Notes: generated by a model from the sequence alone, not told the origin. A stretch of DNA of 37,372 nucleotides from Chitinophagaceae bacterium (GCA_016786965.1 JAEUVL010000010.1:1-37372), one strand, 5' to 3'; positions 17,085 through 27,161 are shown, numbered from the stretch's first letter. Program-made: numbers and translations.

Positions 17085-17789
17085 TCATTTTATACCGCCG
17101 CCAAACACTTTGCGCAGCAGGTCAGTAGTTCTTGCTGCAATGTTCTGCCGGATATTCATCTCTTCTTTCGCCACAAGATCAAATAAGGCATCTGTAGCCT
17201 TAGTGGTTACAAAGGAAGGGAGGTCAGGATTGATCTTTTTGATGGTGGTGGGGAAATTATTGTAGGTATTTACTATATCGCTATAGTATTTTGTCGCATC
17301 CACTTTGTCCAGAGATGATTTAATGACAGGTAAAAAGGCTTCTATCAGCCTATCAGTGGTTTTTACCCGGAAGAAATGAGTGGCGCTGGTGTCCCCATTC
17401 CGTACCAGGCCTATCGCATCGTTGAGGGTCATACTTTTAATAGCATCTACAAATATTGGTTTGGCATATCCAGACGCATCTTCTGCGGCTCTATTGATAG
17501 CCAGGATGGCTTTGTCCACCATTTTATTCATTCCCAGATCCCGCAGGGTATTTTCAATCTTCCGGGCATCGGGTGGAAGTAATACTTTGTACAGGGCGTC
17601 TTTAAAAAAACCGTCTTCTTTATTCAATTTCAATACTGCCTTTACCAGTCCCTGGCTTAATGCTTCTTTTATGCCCTCTCCGGCTTCCAATTCCGTAATT
17701 CCGCCACTGGTACCTGTGGGGAGCTTGGATAATACATCGCAGCCGCTAAGCATAAATGACAGAATAATAATGGAAAGTAATTTTCTCAT
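17085..17789 (-). CDS. DUF4197 family lipoprotein
   Basis: Lipobox LSG-C; same motifs as 16254..16976. Confidence 0.88.
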   Translation of the reverse strand: MRKLLSIIILSFMLSGCDVLSKLPTGTSGGITELEAGEGIKEALSQGLVKAVLKLNKEDGFFKDALYKVLLPPDARKIENTLRDLGMNKMVDKAILAINRAAEDASGYAKPIFVDAIKSMTLNDAIGLVRNGDTSATHFFRVKTTDRLIEAFLPVIKSSLDKVDATKYYSDIVNTYNNFPTTIKKINPDLPSFVTTKATDALFDLVAKEEMNIRQNIAARTTDLLRKVFGGGIK

Positions 17790-17946
17790 GTGGGTATTTT
17801 GTTTTAAAACTATGTATAAAAAGTAATTATTTCAGATTTTCAGACGAATAAAGGAGGCTGGGGGTTTACCTCGTCCTATATTAAATCCGGGTCTTGTGGC
17901 CATCCTCCAGCCCTGCTTTTTTTGGGCTAAAAGTGATGGTTTTTTG

Positions 17947-17978
17947 TTTGCACCTCTGCCCCTGAACCAGTACCTTTG
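17947..17978 (+). promoter_or_regulatory. Bacteroidota primary-sigma promoter
   Basis: Full consensus TTTG-N20-TACCTTTG. Confidence 0.75.
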
Positions 17979-18063
17979 CCCCGGTCGAAAAAAAGGCCTT
18001 ATTTTGAAAAGTTGAACCATTTAAGTAAGTTGCCCAGCAATTTATTATTAAGGCTATATATTA

Positions 18064-18136
18064 AAGGGAGAAATCCGGAAAATCCCTTCGACTAAAAGAG
18101 TACGGCGCCCACACCGAAAAGCGAAACGAGTAGGTA
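18064..18136 (+). ncRNA. Candidate structured leader RNA with loop-E-like motif
   Basis: aaggga/tccctt hairpin, then ACC-GAA...AGUA-GGU, 17 nt before the start codon. Confidence 0.4.
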
Positions 18137-18152
18137 ACCAAAAACTACTGAT

Positions 18153-18824
18153 ATGAAAAAAATATTGTTCTTACTGGCTGTAGCCGTATTCTTCCTGCAG
18201 GCTTCTGGTTTTTCTCAAAAAACAAGAGTTGGAATTACTGCCGGTATTACAACTGCCAATATGTACGGAACAGTGAATGACAAAACCCTGAAAGATGACA
18301 GTAAAACAGGTATTACGGCAGGATTGATCGTAGATGCACCAATCGGCAAAAGCCGTTTCAGCTTTCAGCCCGGTGTTCATTACACACAAAAAGGAAGAAC
18401 ACTTGCAGAAACAGGTGATGATAAAAGCTGGCTGGCCCTCCGTTATGCGGATGTTCACCTGAACTTCTTATATAATTCTAAAGGGAAAACCACATTCTTT
18501 GTAGGTCTTGGCCCGTCTGTAGGTTTGGATCTTCCTTCTTACAGGGTAACAAAGACCTCTAACGCTACGGCTGCCAACTTAGACCCCGATCCTGAGTTTT
18601 CAAGGTCTGAAACTAAGATCAAGTTTGGAAAAGACAAACTTGATGATTTAAAAGGTCTTGATTACGGGTTCAATATGCTTGGTGGATTCCGTACCCGCAA
18701 AGGGTATTATTTTGCCCTCAACTATACTTTTGGTCTCCGGAATATAGCCGCTAACGAATCTGGTGATGATATCAAGAATGGCTGTTTCGGTTTCAGGATC
18801 GGCTACCTGTTCAACAATAAATAA
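18153..18824 (+). CDS. Outer membrane beta-barrel (porin/PorT-like) protein
   Basis: Signal peptide; G..AG, FQPGVHYTQKG, GLGP.VG, DYG, alternating beta strands, C-terminal IGYLF. Confidence 0.88.
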   Translation: MKKILFLLAVAVFFLQASGFSQKTRVGITAGITTANMYGTVNDKTLKDDSKTGITAGLIVDAPIGKSRFSFQPGVHYTQKGRTLAETGDDKSWLALRYADVHLNFLYNSKGKTTFFVGLGPSVGLDLPSYRVTKTSNATAANLDPDPEFSRSETKIKFGKDKLDDLKGLDYGFNMLGGFRTRKGYYFALNYTFGLRNIAANESGDDIKNGCFGFRIGYLFNNK

Positions 18825-18840
18825 TTCCATTAACGAAATA

Positions 18841-18875
18841 GACAAAAGCCTCCGCTTGCGGGGGCTTTTGTCTTT
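18841..18875 (+). terminator. Intrinsic terminator
   Basis: gacaaaagcctccgc-tt-gcgggggcttttgtc-ttt. Confidence 0.85.
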
Positions 18876-18973
18876 GTGCCCTTGCCTGTTATCCAGTACA
18901 TTTGCAACCCGGCTTTGATTTTGTCAATAAATACAAAAACACCGGGTGTTTTTTCAATTATCATACTAATTAA

Positions 18974-20518
18974 ATGAGTACTATTCATTTGTCTGAACAG
19001 GAACAACTGCGCCGGGAAAAACTGGCCGAACTGATCATTATGGGCATCGAGCCATATCCTGCCCCGCTATACCCGGTGAACAGCAACTCTGTGTCGATTA
19101 AAGAAAATTATAGCGAAGAAACTAAAGACCAGTTTCAGGACGTCTGTATCGCCGGCCGTATCATGAGTGTTCGGGATATGGGTAAAGCAAATTTTGCAGT
19201 GATACAGGATGCTCATGGCCGCATACAGCTCTACCTTAAAAGAGATGATATCTGCCCCGGCGAAGACAAATCGCTGTATGATATTGTTTGGAAAAAATTA
19301 TTGGATATTGGCGATATTATCGGCGTTCGTGGGCATGTGTTTACTACCAAAACAGGTGAAACTTCTGTTCATGTAATAGAGCTGACCTTGTTAAGTAAAT
19401 CTCTCCGTCCTTTGCCAATTGTTAAAGAAGCTGAAGGGCAAACCTTTGATGCGGTAACCGATCCTGAGTTCAAATACCGCCAGCGCTATGCCGATCTCAT
19501 TATTAACCCGGCAGTAAAAGAAACATTTATTAAAAGAACAAAGCTGATCAATTCCATCCGTGAGTTTCTGAACAATCACGGAGCACTGGAGGTAGATACG
19601 CCTGTTCTACAAAGCATACCCGGGGGTGCGGCAGCCCGGCCTTTCATTACTCATCATAATGCGCTGGACATTCCTTTATACCTGCGTATTGCCAATGAAT
19701 TATATTTAAAACGCCTGATTGTTGGCGGTTTCGACTGGGTGTATGAATTCAGCCGCAACTTCCGCAATGAAGGCATGGACCGTACACATAACCCTGAGTT
19801 TACTATCCTGGAATTTTATACAGCCTATAAAGATTATTTCTGGATGATGGAAACCACGGAGCAATTGCTGGAAAAAGCAGCAATTGATGTTTGCGGAAAC
19901 ACAGAAGTGATTGTTGGTGATAAAACAATTTCTTTCAAAGCACCCTTTAAGCGCATCAGCATTTTTGATGCAATACAGGAACATACCGGCGTTGATGTAA
20001 GCCGGATGAATGAAGAACAACTTCGTTCTGTGTGCAAGCAATTACATATTGCGGCTGACGCCACTATGGGCAAAGGCAAACTGATAGATGCCATCTTTGG
20101 TGAAAAATGTGAGAAGAATTATGTGCAGCCTACTTTCATAATCGATTATCCGGTGGAGATGAGCCCACTGACGAAAAAGCACCGTGACAAACAGGGGTTG
20201 GTGGAACGATTTGAGCTGATGATCAATGGCAAAGAGATCGCCAATGCCTACAGCGAGTTGAATGACCCTATCGACCAGCGGGAGCGTTTTGAAGAGCAGG
20301 TAAAACTGTCTGAGCGGGGTGATGATGAAGCCATGTTCATAGACTACGATTTCTTAAGGGCCCTGGAATATGGCATGCCACCCACTTCGGGTATTGGTTT
20401 TGGTGTGGACCGTCTTTGTATGCTTCTTACCAATAATGCTTCTATACAGGATGTACTGCTGTTTCCACAAATGAGGCCGGAACATCGGCAGGAGGGCGCA
20501 GACAAACCAACTGAATAA
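18974..20518 (+). CDS. lysS: Lysine--tRNA ligase, class II
   Basis: AGRIM..R.MGK, YRQRYADL, GGAAARPF.THHN, LRIANELYLKRL, FRNEG.D.THNPEFT, YGMPPTSG.G.GVDRL. Confidence 0.98.
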   Translation: MSTIHLSEQEQLRREKLAELIIMGIEPYPAPLYPVNSNSVSIKENYSEETKDQFQDVCIAGRIMSVRDMGKANFAVIQDAHGRIQLYLKRDDICPGEDKSLYDIVWKKLLDIGDIIGVRGHVFTTKTGETSVHVIELTLLSKSLRPLPIVKEAEGQTFDAVTDPEFKYRQRYADLIINPAVKETFIKRTKLINSIREFLNNHGALEVDTPVLQSIPGGAAARPFITHHNALDIPLYLRIANELYLKRLIVGGFDWVYEFSRNFRNEGMDRTHNPEFTILEFYTAYKDYFWMMETTEQLLEKAAIDVCGNTEVIVGDKTISFKAPFKRISIFDAIQEHTGVDVSRMNEEQLRSVCKQLHIAADATMGKGKLIDAIFGEKCEKNYVQPTFIIDYPVEMSPLTKKHRDKQGLVERFELMINGKEIANAYSELNDPIDQRERFEEQVKLSERGDDEAMFIDYDFLRALEYGMPPTSGIGFGVDRLCMLLTNNASIQDVLLFPQMRPEHRQEGADKPTE

Positions 20519-20540
20519 GAATTAATCATTTAGCAGGAAT

Positions 20541-20572
20541 AAGCCATTTTGTTTCAGCAAAATGGCTTTTTT
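20541..20572 (+). terminator. lysS terminator
   Basis: aagccattttgt-ttca-gcaaaatggctttttt. Confidence 0.85.
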
Positions 20573-20658
20573 GGTTGCACATGTTATGAACAGAATCTAT
20601 GAACAACGCTGATATCATAAAAAAATGTTGTAGGTTACAGTAACCAAAAGCCTAAACA

Positions 20659-21006
20659 ATGAAACCCTTTATCCCCTCCAAAGTCGCCGAATTTATTTTC
20701 GCCGTTATTATTGCCTACTTCGGCTACCTGCATTTTAAGAATGCTGCGGCAATGAGTGGCATGGTACCCGATTATTTTCCAGGAGAGGGTAAAATATGGA
20801 TATACCTGACAGGAGCAGGGTTTGTATTAGCTGCTTTTGCCATTGTAAGCGATATACAGCGTACTCTGGCCTGCTACCTGCTCGCGGCAGTATTAATAAT
20901 CTTTGCCCTTACTATACATTTGGATTCATTTACTAAAAACCCCTCTGGTGTATTAAAAGATACGGCTCTTGCCATGGCAGCAATTTTGATTGGGAACCGA
21001 AAATGA
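20659..21006 (+). CDS. DoxX-like membrane protein
   Basis: FG..HF, M..MVP, W.YLTG, LA..LLA, LKD.AL. Confidence 0.8.
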   Translation: MKPFIPSKVAEFIFAVIIAYFGYLHFKNAAAMSGMVPDYFPGEGKIWIYLTGAGFVLAAFAIVSDIQRTLACYLLAAVLIIFALTIHLDSFTKNPSGVLKDTALAMAAILIGNRK

Positions 21007-21033
21007 TAATGGTTGATGGCCCTCTCTATAAAG

Positions 21034-21067
21034 GAGCATCCCGCAGGCAGCGGGATGTTCTGCTTTT
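21034..21067. terminator. Terminator between convergent genes
   Basis: gagcatcccgc-aggca-gcgggatgttc followed by tgctttt. Confidence 0.75.
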
Positions 21068-21884
21068 ACACAAATAAATCATTATATAATTGCGCCCCCG
21101 GTACAACCGAGTATTTAGAGAGGTCAGTAATACCTTCTTTAGCCAATACTTGTTCATCTACAAATAAATTGCCGGTGCACTCACCTGAAGGTTGCCGCAA
21201 TATGTAGTAGGCTGCATCTGCCAGTATATCCACGGTACGGCTCATGTTTGCCAGCATAGTACCACCCAGTAGATTTCTTACGGCAGCTGTATCAATAGTG
21301 GTTCTGGGCCAGAGTGAGTTGGCGGCTATCCGGTCTTTGGCAAATTCTTTGGCCCAGCCGATTGTCATCATACTCATGCTGTATTTGGTAAGGGTATAGG
21401 CCACATGTTTCTCAAACCATTTTGGGTCAAGATTGATGGGAGGAGATAGGGTAAGAATATGCGGATTGGTTGATTTTTTCAAATGAGGAATACAGGCCTT
21501 TGTTACTAAAAAAGTACCCCTGACATTGATACTGTGCATCAGGTCAAAGCGTTTGGCTTCTGTTTGTTCAGTACCGGTTAATGAAATAGCGGATGCATTA
21601 TTGATGAGTATATCAATACCATTAAATTTCTCCACCGCCTTGTCTACCACATTTCGAATTTGTTCTTCAAAGCGTATATCACACTGTACAGCGAGTGCCT
21701 TGCCTCCAGCTGCTTCAATTTCAGCCGCAGCAGTAAAAATAGTCCCGCCAAGTTTTGCATTCTCCTCCACGCTTTTAGCAGCAATAACGATATTAGCACC
21801 TTCGGCAGCGAGCTTTAAGGCAATAGCTTTACCGATACCGCGGGTGGCGCCGGTAATGAGAATTGTTTTGTTGGCAAATGACAT
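21066..21884 (-). CDS. SDR oxidoreductase (HSDL2/citronellol dehydrogenase-like)
   Basis: TGATRGIG, NNASAI, YTLTK, NSLWP.T.I.TAA; start placed at ATG 21884. Confidence 0.9.
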   Translation of the reverse strand: MSFANKTILITGATRGIGKAIALKLAAEGANIVIAAKSVEENAKLGGTIFTAAAEIEAAGGKALAVQCDIRFEEQIRNVVDKAVEKFNGIDILINNASAISLTGTEQTEAKRFDLMHSINVRGTFLVTKACIPHLKKSTNPHILTLSPPINLDPKWFEKHVAYTLTKYSMSMMTIGWAKEFAKDRIAANSLWPRTTIDTAAVRNLLGGTMLANMSRTVDILADAAYYILRQPSGECTGNLFVDEQVLAKEGITDLSKYSVVPGAQLYNDLFV

Positions 21885-21895
21885 AACAGTTAATT

Positions 21896-22885
21896 TTAAT
21901 ACTCCGGCAATACCGGTTTTGTTCCCACAATATCTTCTATTTTTTGCATTACACCAGCATCCAGTTTGGGTACCGCATCCAGTGATTTTAAATTCTCCAG
22001 CAACTGCTCCTTGCGGGTAGCGCCAAGAATGGCAGTCGTCACATTCGGGTTTTTGATACACCAGGCAATACTTAATTCTGCCATTGACAGGCCGAGGTCC
22101 TTTGCCAGTGTGGCTAAACCTTTTACTTTATTCAAGAGATCATCCTTCATCCAGCGGTCTTTCAGCCAGTCGAAACCTGTCAATCCAAAGCGGCTTCCTT
22201 CCGGGATGCCATCATTATACTTTCCGCTTAATAAACCAGATGCCAATGGACTCCAGATGGTAGTACCCATTCCCACGGTTTTAAAAACCATCAGGAATTC
22301 ATTCTCCATTTTATTCCTTTCCAGCAAATTATACTGTGGTTGTTCCATAGCAGGGGCAATTAATCCATGCTGTGCTGCCACCCGGTGAGCTTCCATTATT
22401 TCCACACCGCTCCATTCGCTGGTGCCCCAATATAATATCTTTCCCTGCTGAATAAGATTATGCATAGTCCACACCGTTTCGGCAATTGGAGTGTTTTTAT
22501 CAGGCCGGTGACAAAAAAACAGGTCGAGATAATCCGTTTGTAAACGGTTCAATGCTTCGTGGCAGGCTTCTGTAATATGCTTACGGCTTAAGCCGGTTTG
22601 ATTTGGTTTGTTCTCTTTTCCCCGCCAGCCAAAAAAAGCTTTGGATGAAATCGTGTAAGAAGTTCGGTCCCAGTTTTTCTTTTTCATTACACGTCCCATC
22701 ATTTTTTCGCTTTCGCCCAAGGCATATACTTCCGCATTATCAAAAAAGTTGATCCCGTTATCATAGGCAATACCCATGAGCTCATCTGCTACACTGTCAT
22801 CTATTTGTTTATGAAAACTTACCCAGCTTCCAAAGGATAATACGCTCAGTTGTAAACCGGTATTACCCATGTACCTGTATTCCAT
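21896..22885 (-). CDS. Aldo/keto reductase (Kv-beta-like)
   Basis: LSFGSW, FFDNAEVY, GLSRKHI, HRPD, WGTSEW, WSPLASGLLSGKY. Confidence 0.92.
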   Translation of the reverse strand: MEYRYMGNTGLQLSVLSFGSWVSFHKQIDDSVADELMGIAYDNGINFFDNAEVYALGESEKMMGRVMKKKNWDRTSYTISSKAFFGWRGKENKPNQTGLSRKHITEACHEALNRLQTDYLDLFFCHRPDKNTPIAETVWTMHNLIQQGKILYWGTSEWSGVEIMEAHRVAAQHGLIAPAMEQPQYNLLERNKMENEFLMVFKTVGMGTTIWSPLASGLLSGKYNDGIPEGSRFGLTGFDWLKDRWMKDDLLNKVKGLATLAKDLGLSMAELSIAWCIKNPNVTTAILGATRKEQLLENLKSLDAVPKLDAGVMQKIEDIVGTKPVLPEY

Positions 22886-22948
22886 AGTATTAAATTCGAA
22901 GCTTGAAGTTAATTAAAGAAGCAATAGCCAATATCTGAACCCGCATCT

Positions 22949-23524
22949 TTATTGAGGAAATCCGCCTTCTTTTACTTTTAGCAAGCCGGTTACTTCTTTA
23001 AAAGTAACACGGTTGAAATCCTGAGTGGCTTCAAGACCTTTACCGGGATATATTTTTTTATCAAGGGTTCTGTATTCAGCATAATTATCAGTATAAAAGA
23101 GCTTGGTGTTTTGGTCCCACCAGAGATCCTGGCATTTCAGGGTATCTCCTTTTACATTGATCACCACCACACTGTCTTTTAAATATACTTTATTGAGATT
23201 CTCGTAGTATTTGCCATAACGGCTGTCCAACCAGGTTTCCTTTTTCAAAGTGCTGTCAAAAAAATCAACATGAAGGGTTTTAGGAAACTCTGTGTACACG
23301 GTATCTTCTGCCACCCTGTACATCAGTGGAGCGGTTAGCCTGGCCCTCATCTTTCCATCCTGACTCAGGTAGCCTTCCACCTTGGTAGCCTCTTCTTTCA
23401 TTACCACCTTCTTGGTCCACTCGTTTATTTTGCCTTTATCGTTTTCGCATCCACAAACAAAACAGCAGCCTATAAGAAGTGCTGCTGAGTTGATAATATA
23501 ATTATTGAAGAATGATCTAGTCAT
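22949..23524 (-). CDS. lptC: LPS export protein LptC
   Basis: Lipoprotein-like signal; EFPK.LHV.FFD, GDTL...L.WD, G.GLEA.QDF; position after coaX-OMP; start placed at ATG 23524. Confidence 0.8.
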   Translation of the reverse strand: MTRSFFNNYIINSAALLIGCCFVCGCENDKGKINEWTKKVVMKEEATKVEGYLSQDGKMRARLTAPLMYRVAEDTVYTEFPKTLHVDFFDSTLKKETWLDSRYGKYYENLNKVYLKDSVVVINVKGDTLKCQDLWWDQNTKLFYTDNYAEYRTLDKKIYPGKGLEATQDFNRVTFKEVTGLLKVKEGGFPQ

Positions 23525-24950
23525 ACTTGCGTTTAATAAACCAGATATCACTGAGTGAAAAACCAAGTGAGAAACGAAACAGGTTTTCTTTCAGCAAATT
23601 ATCATTATTTCCTCTTTTGCCATATTCAAAAGCCATATTGATAAAGGTGGATTGATTGGGCGCCTGGCGGCTGATAGCCATAGGTAATCCTAAGCCAAAT
23701 GAAACCCCCGATTGTGAAAATTTGGGGCCTGATTTTATATAATCAGGGCCAGTGAAAAATCCAAAGCGATAAGCCACCCGGCTGAAATAATTTCTTTTAG
23801 GTATCGGACTGAACTGGCCGCCAACTCTCAATTCCCATTTATTTTTTACAGAATCCACTTTGCCATAATAGCGGTATTTATTCCAGTTTTGCTGGCTGAA
23901 ATCAACTCCGATCATCCAACCGCCTTCCTTATTCATCACCGCATACTTCTGTAACACAAACCCAATGGTATATGAGGCGGGTATTTCAATTTTCCCCTTC
24001 ACATCCCTGAGGTCTGCCACACTGTCAAGTCGCACATTGCCCAAGTTGTCATCAAAGACAAATGTTTCCCGGATGATGTCTTCACTGGCATTTAGTTTTT
24101 GGCCCCAGTTACCATAAGCACCTATTGTAAGCAATACGTTCTTTTTCAACGGCAGCATATATTGAAGGCCTGCTGAAAAGAACAAATTACCATAAGTAGT
24201 TTTGGTTTCATAATTAGCTTGGTAGTATTCTACAGTATCATTAATGAGTGTACGGCGGGAGGTGTAATCTTTTTTACCAAAATAATACCCCGCATTTATA
24301 CCAACACTCAGTTTTTCAATCATCCCACCTTTGCTGGAGTCGGTATGCAGCTTGCTGAAAAGGGCAAAACCAGTTCCAATTGAGGCAATATATGAACCAC
24401 CGTCACCCTGAAAACGGGTAAGGGAGCTGTCTATGGGTAGTGAGGTAACCGGATCTATCAATCTTTCTCTTTTGAAGATATTGTAACTGATTCTGGAAAC
24501 AGGGCGTAAACCGAAAGTAATACCCCAATCTTTCTTTATTGGCATCCCTACTTGTACATAAGAAAAAAGCGCATTGTTGGCTACAAACTTTACGGGGTTG
24601 CCGGGATCTGTCAATGTGCGGTTATCGAAATTTATCCCGATATCAAGTACCGCCCGTCCGGCTGTAAGTTTTTTGGATTTGGCCTCTTTACGGGCTTCAA
24701 AGGAGGAATAGGAGGCTGGGTTATTAAAATTGATACCCAGGTAGTCTGTATATCCGGCAGAAATCCCACCCATTGCCCGGTTGGCAACATTGCTGGATGG
24801 AACCAGATCGCCTATGCCATACCTGGAATAAGGAGAGTTGTCCTGGGCTAAAACAGGCTCAAAAGCACTTAAAACAAAAACCAGGATCGTCAGGTAAAAG
24901 CAGTGTAACGTCTTGATTCTCTTAGGGGTTATTAACTTCGCTAATTGCAT
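23517..24950 (-). CDS. Outer membrane protein (FadL-like beta-barrel)
   Basis: A-QDNSPYSRYGIG, MGG, NPASYS, C-terminal SD.WF.KRKYD. Confidence 0.82.
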   Translation of the reverse strand: MQLAKLITPKRIKTLHCFYLTILVFVLSAFEPVLAQDNSPYSRYGIGDLVPSSNVANRAMGGISAGYTDYLGINFNNPASYSSFEARKEAKSKKLTAGRAVLDIGINFDNRTLTDPGNPVKFVANNALFSYVQVGMPIKKDWGITFGLRPVSRISYNIFKRERLIDPVTSLPIDSSLTRFQGDGGSYIASIGTGFALFSKLHTDSSKGGMIEKLSVGINAGYYFGKKDYTSRRTLINDTVEYYQANYETKTTYGNLFFSAGLQYMLPLKKNVLLTIGAYGNWGQKLNASEDIIRETFVFDDNLGNVRLDSVADLRDVKGKIEIPASYTIGFVLQKYAVMNKEGGWMIGVDFSQQNWNKYRYYGKVDSVKNKWELRVGGQFSPIPKRNYFSRVAYRFGFFTGPDYIKSGPKFSQSGVSFGLGLPMAISRQAPNQSTFINMAFEYGKRGNNDNLLKENLFRFSLGFSLSDIWFIKRKYD

Positions 24951-25650
24951 ACAGACCTTTAAAGATTAAATCAGGGTCTGCAAATATCTTGTTTTTAAGG
25001 TGTGAAGCCAAATAGACTATATCGCCCCCGGTTAACAGGACGTTAAAGTTCCTGAATTTCAGTCTGTAAGCTTCGATAAACCCATCAATTTCCTTTGCCA
25101 ATCCCAGCACCACTCCGGTGAGAATATTAGTGGTTGTGTCGTAGCCTATTAATGGCACATTGCTGTCAGCTTTTACCAAGGGAAGCTTGGCTGTATAATA
25201 ATTCAACGCCTTTAGCCGCATTTCCAGCCCGGGAGAAATGGCTCCTCCAACAAACTCATGGTATTTATTAATGAAGTTATAGGTAACACAGGACCCCATA
25301 CCTATCACCAGGTTATTGGAAGTGGGGTAAAAATGAACGGAGGCGGAGGCCAGTGCCAATCGATCGGCCCCGATTGTTTCAGGCTTACCCACCGGAGTAG
25401 TAAAAGCAAGCTTGGTAAGATGGCTCAGCTTATGAAATTGGGTGGCCGAAGTCAGCACTTCTTCAATAGCCAAATTGTGATCAATAACCGAAGACAAGAT
25501 GGATTTAGTTGGTTTAAAACGGTTGATTAATGAACGAACCGTTTCTACCGTATCGTCAGGCATTACTTCAGATTCCTTCATTTCCGCATCCTGAAAGACC
25601 GCCACTTTTTTTCGGGTGTTGCCAAAATCGAAACAGAGGGTTGTTGACAT
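24922..25650 (-). CDS. coaX: Type III pantothenate kinase
   Basis: DFGNT..K, TPETIGADR-like GKPETIGADR, GGAISPG, LTGGD. Confidence 0.93.
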   Translation of the reverse strand: MSTTLCFDFGNTRKKVAVFQDAEMKESEVMPDDTVETVRSLINRFKPTKSILSSVIDHNLAIEEVLTSATQFHKLSHLTKLAFTTPVGKPETIGADRLALASASVHFYPTSNNLVIGMGSCVTYNFINKYHEFVGGAISPGLEMRLKALNYYTAKLPLVKADSNVPLIGYDTTTNILTGVVLGLAKEIDGFIEAYRLKFRNFNVLLTGGDIVYLASHLKNKIFADPDLIFKGLYAISEVNNP

Positions 25651-25671
25651 ATTTATTTTTTAATTGGGCCG

Positions 25672-26307
25672 TTACAGATCAAATCCGCTCAGATTCTTAA
25701 AATGCCCATTAAGTTTGATCTTTTCTTTCAACTGCTCCATGCCCGCCAGCATGGGTATTACTTTGGCCAAATGTAATCGCAGGTATTCCTGCCGTTGCCG
25801 TTCATGAAATAAGCCCAGCAACTCGTACTCTTCTTCCAGCGAGAGGCCAATATGATGTGCCACATCATAGCTATTGAGCACTCCGTCTCCTTTCTTGAAA
25901 TCTTTGGTTACTTTCAGCAACTGATGGAGCTCCTTAATTCCCATTAGTATCGAACGCATAATATCTGCACTGCCCTGTTCATAATTCTGCGGATAGGTAA
26001 CGATAGCGCCGCTGTACAATTTATCCGGCACTTCTTTTATTACTTCGAGTATCCGGAATATCCTGGTTCCTTTTGTTTTAATATCCATCTCGCCACTATC
26101 GTGCACTTTTGACAATTCAACAATCTCCACCAGCGTACCATGGTCTTTCATTTTATCATTGATGGCGACAGGAATACCAAATGGTTTTTTAGTCGCATGA
26201 CATTCAGCAATCAGTTGCTTATAACGGGGCTCAAAGATGTGAAGGTTCAGATCTTCGCCGGGATATACCACAATACCAAGTGGAAAAATGGGAATGAAAT
26301 TGGTCAT
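25672..26307 (-). CDS. LON peptidase substrate-binding domain protein
   Basis: IPIFPL..V.YPG..L.LHIFEPRYKQL. Confidence 0.9.
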   Translation of the reverse strand: MTNFIPIFPLGIVVYPGEDLNLHIFEPRYKQLIAECHATKKPFGIPVAINDKMKDHGTLVEIVELSKVHDSGEMDIKTKGTRIFRILEVIKEVPDKLYSGAIVTYPQNYEQGSADIMRSILMGIKELHQLLKVTKDFKKGDGVLNSYDVAHHIGLSLEEEYELLGLFHERQRQEYLRLHLAKVIPMLAGMEQLKEKIKLNGHFKNLSGFDL

Positions 26308-26363
26308 TCAGTTGTATTAAAAGTGAAAAGATAATAGTTTTTTCAGCGCTGCATTCACTCTAA

Positions 26364-27122
26364 TTACTCAGTCTTATCTTTTAACTCTTTTAGTCTTGCA
26401 TATTTCAAAAATGTATAATACGCCGTCATCTTTGCGCATACATATCCTGCATTACCATCAAGAAAACCCAGTTTCAAAACATAGTAATGGAAAAAAGTAA
26501 AGCCCGGCGACAGCCGCAGCTTGAACCAGGAGGCTTTTTTGCCCTGCCGAAGATATTTTTCTGCATTCAGCATGGCATAGTTTGTCATTTTAGTAACGTA
26601 ATCGGGTATATTAGCCATTGTACGGTGCAGAACGGCTCCTTTTAATTTAAGAATGGTTATTTCATCCGGCAACTGCAATTCCTCATGCACTGGCGCATCA
26701 TTCCATTGTATCAGTTTTTTATTAAATAAACGGATATGATGATCGCCACCCCATTCCCCATACTTTAGTTCCCTGGCGCCCAGGAAGCTTTTAAATGTAA
26801 TATCATACACTATTTTTTCTCCTGCAGGACTAAAAGATAGTAAGGACCGTTTCAACTCTTCATCCACCGCTTCATCGGCATCGAGGCTCAGCACCCAGTC
26901 GTATTTAGCCATTGCAGTAGCTTTATTTTTTGTTTTGCCAAACCCTTCCCAGGTGCCTTCATGCAGGCGAACGCCGAACTGTTTTATGATCTGCTGTGTG
27001 CCATCTGTACTGCCATTGTCATACACAACAATATCATCACTTACCCCCTGCAGACTTTGTAATGTGTCTGCAATGATGGTTGCCTCATTCCGGCAAACGA
27101 TAACGATAGAGATGTTGGTCAT
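26364..27122 (-). CDS. Glycosyltransferase family 2 (WaaE/KdtX-like)
   Basis: NEA..I, DNGSTDGT, WEGFG..KN, SLDADE, VHE, GFLDG..G. Confidence 0.9.
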   Translation of the reverse strand: MTNISIVIVCRNEATIIADTLQSLQGVSDDIVVYDNGSTDGTQQIIKQFGVRLHEGTWEGFGKTKNKATAMAKYDWVLSLDADEAVDEELKRSLLSFSPAGEKIVYDITFKSFLGARELKYGEWGGDHHIRLFNKKLIQWNDAPVHEELQLPDEITILKLKGAVLHRTMANIPDYVTKMTNYAMLNAEKYLRQGKKASWFKLRLSPGFTFFHYYVLKLGFLDGNAGYVCAKMTAYYTFLKYARLKELKDKTE

Positions 27123-27161
27123 TGCTGCAAAGATTACATCTTTTTAAAGGGCCGCCAAGTT

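Noticed and set aside
17832-18020. 62-aa basic minus-strand ORF
   Set aside because: Spans a promoter region with homopolymer runs; no recognisable protein features
18061-18090. Possible cobalamin riboswitch (aaaggga...aaatccgg)
   Set aside because: Lacks the GGUG, CCCGC(A)ACUG and B12-box elements
21885-22061. Cys-rich N-terminal extension of the SDR ORF
   Set aside because: An alternate frame of the aldo/keto reductase 3' end; the Rossmann motif follows ATG 21884
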